Shown piece by piece: positions 51,436-61,102 of a stretch of DNA of 64,000 bases. Origin of the DNA: an uncultured Planctomycetota bacterium (GTDB lineage Bacteria > Planctomycetota > Phycisphaerae > Tepidisphaerales > Tepidisphaeraceae); the NCBI GenBank assembly GCA_963841915.1, contig CAWJEN010000006.1, positions 416,001-480,000 on the forward strand, written 5' to 3'. Below the pieces are notes generated by a model. It saw nothing but the letters and a program-made list of their open reading frames with translations. It was not told where the DNA came from and did no database searches. The translations under genes and the position numbers were made by a program. Every line of letters begins with the position of its first letter. The first letter of the stretch is position 1.

Positions 51436-52248
51436 ATGACCGCCAGCGACACCATCACGTCCATAGACAGTAACGAGGCCGTGCCCGAGCACCCGTACGT
51501 GCGTGACACGAAGGCGATCCGGCCGACAAACGTGGTAAGCATCGTGATCCCCGTCTACAACGAGGAGCGGACGGTGGCAACGCTGATCGATCTGGTCGTC
51601 AGGGCCCGCGTGCCCGACGGGCTGACGAAGCAGATCGTCTGCGTCAACGACGCCAGCAGCGACGGCACGAGCGGCGTTCTCGAGGCCATCGCCAAGCACT
51701 ACAAAGCCAGCGAAGGCATCAAGTTTGTCGTCCACCACCAGAAGGAAAACCAAGGCAAAGGGGCCGCCTTGAGGACCGGCTTCGGCCTGGCGACGGGTGA
51801 CGTCGTGCTGATCCAGGATGCCGACCTGGAGTACGACCCGGCCGACTACATGAAGCTGCTGACGCCGATCGTGCAGGACAAGGCCGACGTCGTCTTCGGC
51901 AGCCGATTCATCGGCGAGCCGCACCGCGTGCTCTACTACTGGCACTCGATGGGCAACAAGTTCCTCACGTTCCTGTCGAACGCGTTCACGAACCTGAACC
52001 TTACCGACATGGAGGTCTGCTACAAGGTCTTTCGCAAGGACGTGCTCGACCGCATCGAGGTCAAATGCGACCGCTTCGGCTTCGAGCCCGAAGTGACGGC
52101 CAAAGTCGCCAAAATGCGCCCACGGTTGCGGATTTACGAAGTCGGCATCGCCTACTACGGCCGCAGCTACGAAGAAGGGAAAAAGATCACCTGGAAGGAC
52201 GGCGTCAAGGCGATTCTGGCGATCATCCGGTTCCGGTTTACCGATTAG
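51436..52248 (+). CDS. Glycosyltransferase family 2 (polyprenol-phosphate glycosyltransferase-like)
   Basis: IVIPVYNEE, NDASSDGT, NQGKGAA, QDADLEYDP, RFGFEPE. Confidence 0.9.
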   Translation: MTASDTITSIDSNEAVPEHPYVRDTKAIRPTNVVSIVIPVYNEERTVATLIDLVVRARVPDGLTKQIVCVNDASSDGTSGVLEAIAKHYKASEGIKFVVHHQKENQGKGAALRTGFGLATGDVVLIQDADLEYDPADYMKLLTPIVQDKADVVFGSRFIGEPHRVLYYWHSMGNKFLTFLSNAFTNLNLTDMEVCYKVFRKDVLDRIEVKCDRFGFEPEVTAKVAKMRPRLRIYEVGIAYYGRSYEEGKKITWKDGVKAILAIIRFRFTD

Positions 52249-52278
52249 TCAGATCTCAGAGGCCGATCAGGATCGGCG

Positions 52279-52629
52279 CTACCCGCCGGACGATTTGGCG
52301 GCGTAACCGGCTGCTTTGAGCTCGTCGACGACCCGGTCACGCACATCACCCTGGAGCGTCAGGCCGTCGTCGGTAGCAGAGCCGCCGACGGCGAACTTCT
52401 GTTTGAGCTGTTTGGTCAACCCCGCCAGATCTGTTGCGGCGGCGTCGAGGCCGGTCACGACGGTCGTCCATTTGCCGCGACGCTTCTCGCGACGCACGCG
52501 CGGCGACTGCTTCTCGGGCGGCAGCACCTCGCCGGTGGCGTCGCGTGGGCAAGTGCAGTCGGCAAGCTCTTTGCCGCACCGTGCGCAAGTCACCGGTCGC
52601 TGCAACGCCGTTCCATCGAAGAGGCCCAT
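52279..52629 (-). CDS. yciH: SUI1/eIF1-family translation factor with N-terminal Cys cluster
   Basis: RREKRRGKWTTVVTG...LKQKFAVGGS...LQGD; CARC...CTC. Confidence 0.85.
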   Translation of the reverse strand: MGLFDGTALQRPVTCARCGKELADCTCPRDATGEVLPPEKQSPRVRREKRRGKWTTVVTGLDAAATDLAGLTKQLKQKFAVGGSATDDGLTLQGDVRDRVVDELKAAGYAAKSSGG

Positions 52630-52651
52630 GAGGCAAGCGTAAGACTGTGAC

Positions 52652-53953
52652 GTGATTCTCGCGATCGATGTCGGCAGTTCCTCCGTCAAAGCTGCGTTGC
52701 TCGACGGCACCACCATCGTCGGCGACAATGCCTACGAGCCGTTCGTGACCACCTATCGCGACCTGTGTGTCGAGGTCGACGCCGTCGCGATCGATGAGGC
52801 CATTCGCAGAGCGGTCGCCAGGCTCGATATTGCCGCTGCGAGCAGTGTCGGCATCACGGGCATGGCACCGGCGTGGCTGGCGATGGACGAGCACGGCCGG
52901 GCGATGACGCCGATCATCACCCACCAGGATCGCCGCAGCACCGAAGTCGCCCACGCCATCGAGGAAAGGATTGGCAGGAAACGCGGATATCTCCGACTGA
53001 CCGGCAATGTTGCCACGCCCGGGGGCATCAGCGTGACGACAGCTTCCTGGGTCGGCAGCCACAGCAACATCATCGACCGCTGCTCGATGATGGGGCATCT
53101 GCCGACTTCGCTGATGAAACGTCTGACCGGCGAATGGGCGATCGATCCGAGCAACGCAGGCTTCACAGGTCTGCTCGACGTCCAGGCGATGAAGTGGTCG
53201 AAGACCGTCTGCGATGCCGCACAGTTGCCGATGAGCAAGCTGCCGCCGATCGTGGATGCGGCAAGCGTGGTCGGTCAGACCGTGGCCAACGACTTGAGCA
53301 TTCCGATCGGTCTGCCGGTATTCGGCGGCTACGTTGACGGCAGCGGGCCGTTACTACTGACCGGGGCGACGCCCGGCACGCTCATGCACTCGGCCGGTTC
53401 GACCGACGTCCTGGCGGTGTGCGTCGATCGGCCGATCCCGACGAAAGGGCTGTTGTGTCGGCCGCTAGGCTCGAAAAACCTTTGGGTACTGGCCGCCACG
53501 CAGGCGGCCGGGGCGTCGTCGATCGGGTGGATCCGCGAGATGCTCTTTGCGGACCTCGACACCGATACGTTCACCGCCGAACTGCGCGCCGCGGCGAAAA
53601 CGGAGACGAGCGTGACGTTCCGCCCGTGCCTGGCCGGTGACCGCCAGAAGATCGATCAGTCGGCGGCTGGCCTTGAGGGCCTGACGTTGGCAACGACGCG
53701 TAAGGACATTCTCGCCGCGGTCGTGCAGGGTTTGGTGGCCGACCACGTCAAGCGGTTCGACCGCCTCATGCGAGCCGCCGGTGATGTCGACTCGAGAGTC
53801 GTCACCACCGGCGGGGCGGGTGCTTTTCGAGATGTCCTTCGCGCCGCATGGCCGAATCGGCCCGACGGGCAAAGCTGGGCGTTCGAGGAGGTCGAGCAGG
53901 CGACGCTCCGCGGCCTGGGAGCGCTCAATTCAGGGGCAGCTCCCAAGGCGTGA
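52652..53953 (+). CDS. FGGY-family carbohydrate kinase (divergent)
   Basis: [38 protein letters not shown]. Confidence 0.85.
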   Translation: MILAIDVGSSSVKAALLDGTTIVGDNAYEPFVTTYRDLCVEVDAVAIDEAIRRAVARLDIAAASSVGITGMAPAWLAMDEHGRAMTPIITHQDRRSTEVAHAIEERIGRKRGYLRLTGNVATPGGISVTTASWVGSHSNIIDRCSMMGHLPTSLMKRLTGEWAIDPSNAGFTGLLDVQAMKWSKTVCDAAQLPMSKLPPIVDAASVVGQTVANDLSIPIGLPVFGGYVDGSGPLLLTGATPGTLMHSAGSTDVLAVCVDRPIPTKGLLCRPLGSKNLWVLAATQAAGASSIGWIREMLFADLDTDTFTAELRAAAKTETSVTFRPCLAGDRQKIDQSAAGLEGLTLATTRKDILAAVVQGLVADHVKRFDRLMRAAGDVDSRVVTTGGAGAFRDVLRAAWPNRPDGQSWAFEEVEQATLRGLGALNSGAAPKA

Positions 53954-54968
53954 CCTTGACCTTCTCGAACTGGCCCGGGTTGTCGGGAGTGCCGAACTTG
54001 ACGCTCTCGCCGTGGCCATCGACGAAGCCGACATTGACGCTGCCACCCTTGGGGTTGCCGAGCGTGCCGCGAGCCTCAGAGTTGGTCGCGCCGCTGTCGT
54101 GACGATCGAGCGGAACGCGCCATGCGAGCCAGGACGTCTGCATGATGCCTGCCATCGTGCCGTCGTAGGCGATGTTGCCGCCGTTGTAGTTGTTGGAACC
54201 GAAGTTGGTCGTCCAGATGAGCAGGTCGGCGCGGTCGAGGAAACCGCCGCCTTGTTGCGGGTCGGCACGGATGGTGCCGGTGTCACCCCAGAGCAGCGTG
54301 CTGGCCGGATCACGAACCGCGGTCAGCTTGGCATTGACCGACTTGCCGAGCTGCGGGTGCCAATAGCCTGGAGGGCTCGACAGCGGCAGTCCGCCGACGA
54401 CACCGACTTCCGAGCTGCCGATGCGACTGACGCCGCCGTACGTATTGCGGTCGATCAACGAAGCAATATCGCCGTTGATGCCGTAGCTGGCCGGAACCTT
54501 GTCAAGGGCGACACCCTGCGGTGCGACGTATCCCGCGCCTTCGGCTCCGGTGGCCACGCCCGGATCACTAGGGCAAATAAAGTAATCAGGCCAGTTGTTG
54601 CGTTCGTCAAACGTCGCATCCGCCTCGCCAAGATACCGGATCATGTACGTGTACAGGTCCAGGATCTCGACGCCGTCGTCGGCGTCCATGGGGTTGTCGC
54701 GGTACTCAAAGATGTTGCGGCTGCGGTCATACTGCTCGACCACGAAGTCGCCACTGACCGGAGGCAGGTAATTCGTGTCCAGGTTGAACTGCAACGACGC
54801 GCTGCCCAGCTCGCGCAGGCTGCTCAGGCATTTGACGTTGGCCGCGCTGGCCCGGGCGCGGTTCAGCGTCGGCAGCAGGATCGAGATCAGCAGCGCGATG
54901 ATGCCGATGACGACCAGCAACTCAACGAGCGTGAAACCGCGGGTGCGTGGGGATGGGGTTGCGTTCAT
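53925..54968 (-). CDS. Prepilin-type N-terminal cleavage protein with C-terminal H-X-DG motif (DUF1559-like)
   Basis: [39 protein letters not shown]...[16 protein letters not shown]. Confidence 0.9.
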   Translation of the reverse strand: MNATPSPRTRGFTLVELLVVIGIIALLISILLPTLNRARASAANVKCLSSLRELGSASLQFNLDTNYLPPVSGDFVVEQYDRSRNIFEYRDNPMDADDGVEILDLYTYMIRYLGEADATFDERNNWPDYFICPSDPGVATGAEGAGYVAPQGVALDKVPASYGINGDIASLIDRNTYGGVSRIGSSEVGVVGGLPLSSPPGYWHPQLGKSVNAKLTAVRDPASTLLWGDTGTIRADPQQGGGFLDRADLLIWTTNFGSNNYNGGNIAYDGTMAGIMQTSWLAWRVPLDRHDSGATNSEARGTLGNPKGGSVNVGFVDGHGESVKFGTPDNPGQFEKVKVTPWELPLN

Positions 54969-55054
54969 GGGAGGCCTCCTCGGCCGCTTTCGGCGGGATG
55001 GGGTGGGCGGCTCAAGAGCGAGGCGCCGCGGGGAAACAGGCAAAAGGGAGTTCG

Positions 55055-58000
55055 TCAAACGGAAGCTTGTGGTTTCGAGCGGCGTCGTAGTAGACCTGCA
55101 TAGGCGAGGCCCATTGTGACGATGCCTGTCGGCTCCGGAATCGTCGTCGGCAGCAGGTAGGCGAGCGAGCCGGCACTGCCTGCAACGCCTCGCTCGAAGC
55201 CGAAATTGTTGCGAAGCAGAGCAAAGTCGAGGATCGACACGATGCCGTCGGCGTTGAAGTCGCCGCCCGACCAGCCACCGTCGGTCCCGAAGTTGGCCCG
55301 CAACGCGGCAAAGTCGAGGATGCTCACCGTGCCGTCAAGATTCGCATCGGCGTACGCCGTCTCGAAGACGTCGAAGACCATCACGTCCAGATCGCCCTTT
55401 GTCAGCACGCCGTCGGCGTTGAGGTCGAGCGTCCACGTCGCCTCACCGCCAAGCGCGTCGGCAAGGGTGTCGATGTCGAAGGCGTCCGTGTCGCCAAAGC
55501 CGTTGAGGTTGCCGCGGCGAAGCTCTGCGGCACGAGCAGCGTTAGCCGTGTTGTTGGCGCCGAAGCTGCGGTAAATCTCCTCGAGCAGGAACAGGTCCGG
55601 CGTCGTGATGCGGCCGTCACCATTAGCGTCGGCGGCTGGGTTGAACTGGTCGCCCTGGGCGTACAGCACCGCCTCGAAGCCGTAGCTCGTCCCCGTCACA
55701 TCGTCGGTGCCGAAGAAGCCGTTTGAGTTGAGATCCCCGATCCCGCGGCCGATGCCGGTGTCGAATCCGAAGCCGCCGAACCGCTGGACGTTCAAGTTAC
55801 CGGAAATTTCTTTCGTGACGACGGTGACGGCATGGTTGCCGGTCACAAGCCCGCCGAAGCCGTACTTGAAGAGGTCGCGATCGACCTGGCTGGCCTTGGC
55901 GTTGTTGCCGACGAGCGAGAGCGGGTCGGTGTTTTCGGGCAGGTTCAGGAAGACGAAGACTTCGTCAGCCGTGCCGTCGACGCTCTCGACGATGAAGTCG
56001 CGACCGCTCTGGTTGAAGGCGACGACCTCATCAATGGCCGACACCGGCTTGAGACGGTCGACGTAGATGACCTCTTTGAACGGCGAGTAGACGGCCGGGC
56101 CGCCGTCACCGCGTTGGCGGAAGGCGCGGGCTTCGATGAAGTTGACGCCTTCGGGCAGCAGCGAGGTGTCGACCGTCTGGCGGAACTGTCCATCGCCGCC
56201 GAGGGCCAGCGGGCTGCTTTTGGTCGCGAACGATTCAAAGCCGTAGGCAACGCTGCCGGGGTTAACGATGTCGACGATGCCGTTGTTGTTGACGTCGATG
56301 CCGCCGTTGATCTTGAGCAGGGCGTTGTCGCCGTCGGCCTGGAAGTCGCGTTGGCCGTCGCTGAAGACGTAGGGCGTGGTGTCGAGTTGGACGGTAAAGG
56401 TGTCGCCGGTGACGACGGTGTAGTCGGCAATGCGAGTGGTGCCGTTGGTGGCCGCCGTGGCGGTGCCGCCCTCGATCACGCCGCTGGCGCCGCCGATGCT
56501 CATCGTGCCGACAGGCGTGGGCAGGCCGTAGATGACGAAGCCGTTGTCGTGCCGATCACCGTCAGCGGCAACGTTGCGCGGGATGCGGATGGCGACCTGA
56601 CCGTTGTCTTGAACCGTGACGAAGTCGGGAATGTCGTTGAACGGGTCGACGTTGCTGTCGTTGGCGTTGCCGGTGAGCTCGACGAGTCGAGTGCCTGCAC
56701 CAAATCCGCTGTCGACGATGCGCGTGTCGTAACCGCCGTCGAGACGATTGCTGAGGCCGACGATGGCCGAGCCTTCGCGGGCGTAGACGAGGGTCTCCTT
56801 GTCGATCCAAGCCTCGCGGTAGTCGCCGCGGCCGTGCGTGTTGCGGATGCCGACGAGCGTCGTGACGGTGTCGCCGTAGAGCCCGCCGAGCGCGTCACCG
56901 CGGCCGTCTTTGGGGAAGTCTCGGTTGGTGCCGAACTGCTCGGCGTTGTGATAGACGACCCAGTTGCCCGGCCGCATCGACAGGTAGGCGTTGGCGACGT
57001 TGCCGAGGTCGGCCCCGTTGTCGTCGTGGCTGGCGTCGAAGGCGACGCCCTGGCTGCCGTCGTTGGCCAGGCCGTCGTTGGCGTCGAAGCTGGCGTTGAC
57101 GATGTTGCGCCAGTCGTTGGCGAATCCGTTGTTCGACAGGTTGCCCTTGAGCGCAAAGTGCAACGGAAAGTCGAGGGCGTCGCGGTTGCCACCGATGCGG
57201 TTGGGCTGCTGTGGGTCGATGTCCTTGCGGGTGTACTGCTGAAGCAGGCTCTTGTTGCCGTCGAGCACTTCGCCGAACGAAAAGACGTGGTCGGTGCTGC
57301 CGTCGAGGAGCTTGCGCGGGTTAGCGCCGTAGACCGCGCGGTCGAGGTACTCGAGCACCCACGGCTCCATGTGCTTGGCGGCATCGAGGCGAAAGCCGTC
57401 GAAGCCGACGTCCTGCACGTACCACTGCGCGTTACGCATGAGGTACCCGGTTGCGTTCTCGGTGACGGGCGTGCCGTCGTTGATCTCGCTGCCGTCGCCT
57501 CGGAAGTCGTAGACGCGAAAGCTCTGATTCGTCTTCGGGTCGTACAGATCGCGGAAGGGGCCGCTCTGGCTCGCGTAGAAGCGGCGGTTACTGGCGTCGG
57601 GAACGTTGGCGATCTTGCCGTTCCAGAATTGCGTCCCGGCAGGCAGGTTACGCGAGTCGCCTGCGTCGACCGGGTTGCGGATGAACTGGAAATTCGTCTC
57701 GTGGTCGATGTCGATCAGGCCCGACAGGCGGCCTTCGTTGACACCACCTGCAAAGCCGCTGTGGAAGTCGCCGTCGATGGCATTGTCGAGCGTGAGGGCA
57801 AAGCCTGCGTACCCGCCTGACGCGGCAAAGCCGGGCGTCCCGAGGTCGGCAAAGCCGTTGTGGTTCCAGACAAGGTCTGCATAGACGCGCCCGCCGAAGC
57901 GTTGCCACGTCTGGTTCATGGACCGAACGCTGCGTTCGGTGCCGTAGAGCGTCTTGTCGTTCCAGGTGCCCAAGTCGAAGCGGTCGTACTGGTCGTAGCC

Positions 58001-58216
58001 GACGCTGAAGCCGCCGGTTTCTGCCTTGCCGGGTGGCGGTACCCAGAGTCCCCCGTAGCCGGCGATGAAGGCGTCGGCGGCGCGGCTTTCGGTGTTCTGC
58101 CAGGTCGACTCGAAGACCTGCAGGATCGCCGGTGCCGACGTGTCGGCCTGTGCGAGTCCGGCAGCGGCAAAGGTCGCAGTGACGGCAGCGGTGAGAATGT
58201 GGCGGCGGTACGGCAT
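55055..58216 (-). CDS. Surface GH13 alpha-amylase-like enzyme with dockerin-like repeats and PEP-CTERM
   Basis: Signal peptide; [45 protein letters not shown]. Confidence 0.88.
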   Translation of the reverse strand: MPYRRHILTAAVTATFAAAGLAQADTSAPAILQVFESTWQNTESRAADAFIAGYGGLWVPPPGKAETGGFSVGYDQYDRFDLGTWNDKTLYGTERSVRSMNQTWQRFGGRVYADLVWNHNGFADLGTPGFAASGGYAGFALTLDNAIDGDFHSGFAGGVNEGRLSGLIDIDHETNFQFIRNPVDAGDSRNLPAGTQFWNGKIANVPDASNRRFYASQSGPFRDLYDPKTNQSFRVYDFRGDGSEINDGTPVTENATGYLMRNAQWYVQDVGFDGFRLDAAKHMEPWVLEYLDRAVYGANPRKLLDGSTDHVFSFGEVLDGNKSLLQQYTRKDIDPQQPNRIGGNRDALDFPLHFALKGNLSNNGFANDWRNIVNASFDANDGLANDGSQGVAFDASHDDNGADLGNVANAYLSMRPGNWVVYHNAEQFGTNRDFPKDGRGDALGGLYGDTVTTLVGIRNTHGRGDYREAWIDKETLVYAREGSAIVGLSNRLDGGYDTRIVDSGFGAGTRLVELTGNANDSNVDPFNDIPDFVTVQDNGQVAIRIPRNVAADGDRHDNGFVIYGLPTPVGTMSIGGASGVIEGGTATAATNGTTRIADYTVVTGDTFTVQLDTTPYVFSDGQRDFQADGDNALLKINGGIDVNNNGIVDIVNPGSVAYGFESFATKSSPLALGGDGQFRQTVDTSLLPEGVNFIEARAFRQRGDGGPAVYSPFKEVIYVDRLKPVSAIDEVVAFNQSGRDFIVESVDGTADEVFVFLNLPENTDPLSLVGNNAKASQVDRDLFKYGFGGLVTGNHAVTVVTKEISGNLNVQRFGGFGFDTGIGRGIGDLNSNGFFGTDDVTGTSYGFEAVLYAQGDQFNPAADANGDGRITTPDLFLLEEIYRSFGANNTANAARAAELRRGNLNGFGDTDAFDIDTLADALGGEATWTLDLNADGVLTKGDLDVMVFDVFETAYADANLDGTVSILDFAALRANFGTDGGWSGGDFNADGIVSILDFALLRNNFGFERGVAGSAGSLAYLLPTTIPEPTGIVTMGLAYAGLLRRRSKPQASV
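55199..55351 (-). repeat. Dockerin-like duplicated motif, copy C (further degenerate motifs up to about 55740)
   Basis: [22 protein letters not shown]...[22 protein letters not shown]. Confidence 0.85.
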
Positions 58217-58232
58217 GTGTCGTTCTTCCTCT

Positions 58233-58248
58233 GCTCAATCGGTTAACC
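58233..58248. promoter_or_regulatory. Candidate LacI-family operator
   Basis: GCTCAATCGGTTAACC; 12/16 identical to the site at 59621. Confidence 0.5.
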
Positions 58249-58261
58249 TGCTGCTCCTTAA

Positions 58262-58295
58262 AATGCCCCGACCCGCTCTCGCGAGTCGGGGCATT
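58262..58295 (-). terminator. Stem-loop between the two PEP-CTERM genes
   Basis: AATGCCCCGAC...GTCGGGGCATT with a short T-run on the minus strand. Confidence 0.65.
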
Positions 58296-58304
58296 GCGTT
58301 GAAT

Positions 58305-59549
58305 TCAAGCGCGACGGCGACGCAGCATCGCCAGTCCGCCAAGGGCGAACAGGGCGGCGGTCGTCGGCTCGGGGACGACGCTGGCGTACCAGGCGTCGAC
58401 CGTTGCAAGCTGGGCCGGCGTCAGGCTCGTGCCGAAGTTGGCGCGAAGGATGGCGAAGTCGAGGATGGAAACAAGGCCGTCTTCGTTGAAGTCGCCGGTC
58501 TCGAAGGTGCCCATGTTGCTGCCGAAGTTGGCCCGCAGGATGGCGAAGTCGAGGATGGAGACGGTGCCGTCACCATTAGCGTCGCCTGGCAGGCGGGGCG
58601 TGCCGCCGAGGTCGATGCTGATGAACTGATCACCGGCAAAGGTGCTGGCGTCGAAGAGTGGCACGCCGCCGACACCACCCGGGCCGCCGAGGTTCTCGAC
58701 GCCGCCCAGGCCGGGCAGGAACTGGTTGCTCAGGAAGTCACCGCCGCCGTTGGTGATGAACGGCAGGAGCTTGATGTCGCCGCTCATGTTGAGGGCGGTC
58801 ATCAGGAACTCGTCGCTGAGGAGGTACTCGAGGCCGGTGTCGGCCGAAAGCGGGTCGCCGAGCGCGCCGGGCGGATTGGCGGAGTCGTACCCGAAGACGC
58901 CGTCCGTGTTGGTGTTGTCAAAGGCGAAGGTGATGTCGCCGACCACGGTGCCGTCGTCAAGGGTGTAGGTGCCGGTGGTGGCCGGGCCGTTGACGGTCGC
59001 CCCGCCGACGAAGCGGTCAACGTTCGGGTCGCCGTCGTTGGGCAGCGACAGGTCGATGACGTTGAGGAAGGCCGTGCCGTCGAAGATGTTGAGCTCGAGC
59101 GAGTAGTCCGGGTTGAAGCCGGGGTCGAGGATGGAGGGGATGTTGGCGGGATCCTGCATGCCCATCGAGCCGTCGCGGTCGGTGCCGAAGTCGTCGGTGC
59201 GTGCGCCGCCGACGCTGCCGAACGTGCCGAAGCCGTTGGGGCCGGTCGATGCGATCGCACCGCCGGGCTTGGAGTCGACGAAGAGGACGATACCGTTGCC
59301 GCCGCCTTCGAGGTTGCCGGTGAGGCCGAGGTAGAGGCCGGTGCCGGCCTGGTAGCTGGCGTAGGCGGCGTTGAGTTCGTTGGCGTTGTCACCGAAGCCG
59401 GTGGGCGTGTCCTGGACGGCGACGGCCTGGCCGTACTCGGCTGAGGTGATCGAGCCGTCGACAACGATTTGTGCCGAGGCGTCGGCGGCGAGGCCCGCCA
59501 CGGCCGCGACCGCGGCAAGGGTAACGGCGGTGTGCATCTTCTGGGTCAT
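58305..59549 (-). CDS. PEP-CTERM surface protein: unknown Gly/Asp-rich domain plus dockerin
   Basis: Signal peptide ...ASA-Q; VPEPTTAALFALGGLAMLRRRRA; SD GGAGG. Confidence 0.88.
   Translation of the reverse strand: MTQKMHTAVTLAAVAAVAGLAADASAQIVVDGSITSAEYGQAVAVQDTPTGFGDNANELNAAYASYQAGTGLYLGLTGNLEGGGNGIVLFVDSKPGGAIASTGPNGFGTFGSVGGARTDDFGTDRDGSMGMQDPANIPSILDPGFNPDYSLELNIFDGTAFLNVIDLSLPNDGDPNVDRFVGGATVNGPATTGTYTLDDGTVVGDITFAFDNTNTDGVFGYDSANPPGALGDPLSADTGLEYLLSDEFLMTALNMSGDIKLLPFITNGGGDFLSNQFLPGLGGVENLGGPGGVGGVPLFDASTFAGDQFISIDLGGTPRLPGDANGDGTVSILDFAILRANFGSNMGTFETGDFNEDGLVSILDFAILRANFGTSLTPAQLATVDAWYASVVPEPTTAALFALGGLAMLRRRRA
58431..58586 (-). repeat. Dockerin-like duplicated motif, copy D
   Basis: [22 protein letters not shown]...GDFNEDGLVSILDFAILRANFG. 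Confidence 0.85.
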
Positions 59550-59620
59550 GGAAAGGTCCTCCGGAGGGGGGTTCTTGGTGAAGGAGTCGGTGGCAGACGC
59601 TGCGTCGACCCATCGGGTCA

Positions 59621-59636
59621 GGTTAATTGTTTAACC
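59621..59636. promoter_or_regulatory. Candidate LacI-family operator in the divergent promoter region
   Basis: AT-rich palindrome GGTTAA-TTGT-TTAACC. Confidence 0.55.
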
Positions 59637-59849
59637 GGCAGGACGAACCACCGCCGCGGTAAGGCTAGCACATCGACCGCCACCGTCAACCACAATTCGC
59701 CCGAACTTTGTGCATCACGTGCTGCAGCAGCCCGCAGTGCCTATGCAAACAGCATATTTGGCGTTGCTTGGCGTGACGAAACCGGTCGGACGGGGTAGAC
59801 TGGTTCAACTCCGGTGTTTAACAGGGCCGCCGCGGTGAACAAGAGACGC

Positions 59850-61016
59850 ATGTCGAGATACGCCAATCATCATCCCAAGCTGTTGGTCCCGGCCGCGGAT
59901 GCGGAGACGGGCGACGCGTCGGCCGCGCGTCGACCGATCCAGCGGACCGTCGCCGCCGGTGAACCTGCAGGTCGCGGTGGTGGCGGGTCGCAGCCGAACC
60001 TCCGCGATGTCGCCAAAGAAGCAGGCGTTTCCGTGGCGACCGTCAGTCTCGTCCTCAACAAGTCGACCCGCATCTCCAAGCCGACGGCTGACAAGGTGCG
60101 GGGCGTCATGGACCGTCTGGGGTACCGGCCCAACCGCTTGGCGCAGTCGCTCAGTGGCCGGTACGTCAAGGTGCTAGCGGCCGTCCTGCCCGACCTGCGG
60201 AATGCCTTTGCCGATGCATACTTCGGCCAGTTGCTTGCGGGCCTGACCGATGCCGCCCACGAACGGGGTTTCAAGATTCTGCTGGAGCAGGCCAAGCCAA
60301 CCTGGATCAAAAGTGGCGGGCCATTGGAGCTGTTCGAGCGCCGATTCGTCGACGGCGTCCTGCTGCTGGGTCACACAGATTACAGCACGTACGTCGCCGA
60401 CCTTTGCCGCGAAGGCCGGCCGGCACTGGCGATCGACAACCGGCTCGAGTTCGAAGGTGCCGGCTGCGTCGACTTTGTCAGCAGCGACTACCAGAAGGGT
60501 GCTCAGCAGGCGATGAATTACCTGGCCCAACTCGGCCACCGCGAGATCGGGCTTATCGAGGCGGCACCGCAAATCGCCACCGTTCGCGACAAGAAATACG
60601 CGTGGGAAACCAAGCTCCGCGAGCTCGGGGTAGAGCCGGTCGAGACACGCGTCGGCGACGGCGAATTCACCGAGATCGGCGGCAGCGAGGCGTGCGAACG
60701 CGTCATGAAGCACCACCCCGAGACCACCGCCATCCTGGCGATGAGCGACAAGATGGCGATCGGTGCGACGAGCTGGCTTCGTCGCAACGGCCACCGCGTG
60801 CCCGAAGATGTCAGCGTCGTCGGCTTCGACGATCTGCCGCACGCGGCGTTCCTGGAGCCGTCGCTGACGACCGTGCACCTGCCGCTCTACGACGTGGGCC
60901 GTCGGGCGTGCATCCGCCTGATCGAACGCGTCGAGGGCAAGCGTGACAGCGTGCAAGAGGTGCTCGATACGCACCTGGTGATCCGCAACTCGACGAGCAT
61001 CGTGCGACGCTCTTGA
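59850..61016 (+). CDS. LacI-family transcriptional regulator (start uncertain)
   Basis: LRDVAKEAGVSVATVSLVLN, YRPNRLAQSL, VPEDVSVVGFDD, PSLTTV. Confidence 0.95.
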   Translation: MSRYANHHPKLLVPAADAETGDASAARRPIQRTVAAGEPAGRGGGGSQPNLRDVAKEAGVSVATVSLVLNKSTRISKPTADKVRGVMDRLGYRPNRLAQSLSGRYVKVLAAVLPDLRNAFADAYFGQLLAGLTDAAHERGFKILLEQAKPTWIKSGGPLELFERRFVDGVLLLGHTDYSTYVADLCREGRPALAIDNRLEFEGAGCVDFVSSDYQKGAQQAMNYLAQLGHREIGLIEAAPQIATVRDKKYAWETKLRELGVEPVETRVGDGEFTEIGGSEACERVMKHHPETTAILAMSDKMAIGATSWLRRNGHRVPEDVSVVGFDDLPHAAFLEPSLTTVHLPLYDVGRRACIRLIERVEGKRDSVQEVLDTHLVIRNSTSIVRRS

Positions 61017-61042
61017 TGCGCACTCTTTGCGTTGAGGACCTG

Positions 61043-61056
61043 ACACACACACACAC
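61043..61056. repeat. (AC)7 simple sequence repeat
   Basis: ACACACACACACAC in the lacI-GH13 intergenic region. Confidence 0.8.
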
Positions 61057-61102
61057 CGACCTGCGGCTCGTCGAGCCAAGGCGTCTCTGACGGAGGACCC
61101 TT

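Noticed and set aside
55832..59444. Long antisense ORFs (55832-57820, 58065-59444; likewise 42009-43388 and 61778-63307)
   Set aside because: Shadow frames of strongly GC3-biased genes with no protein motifs.
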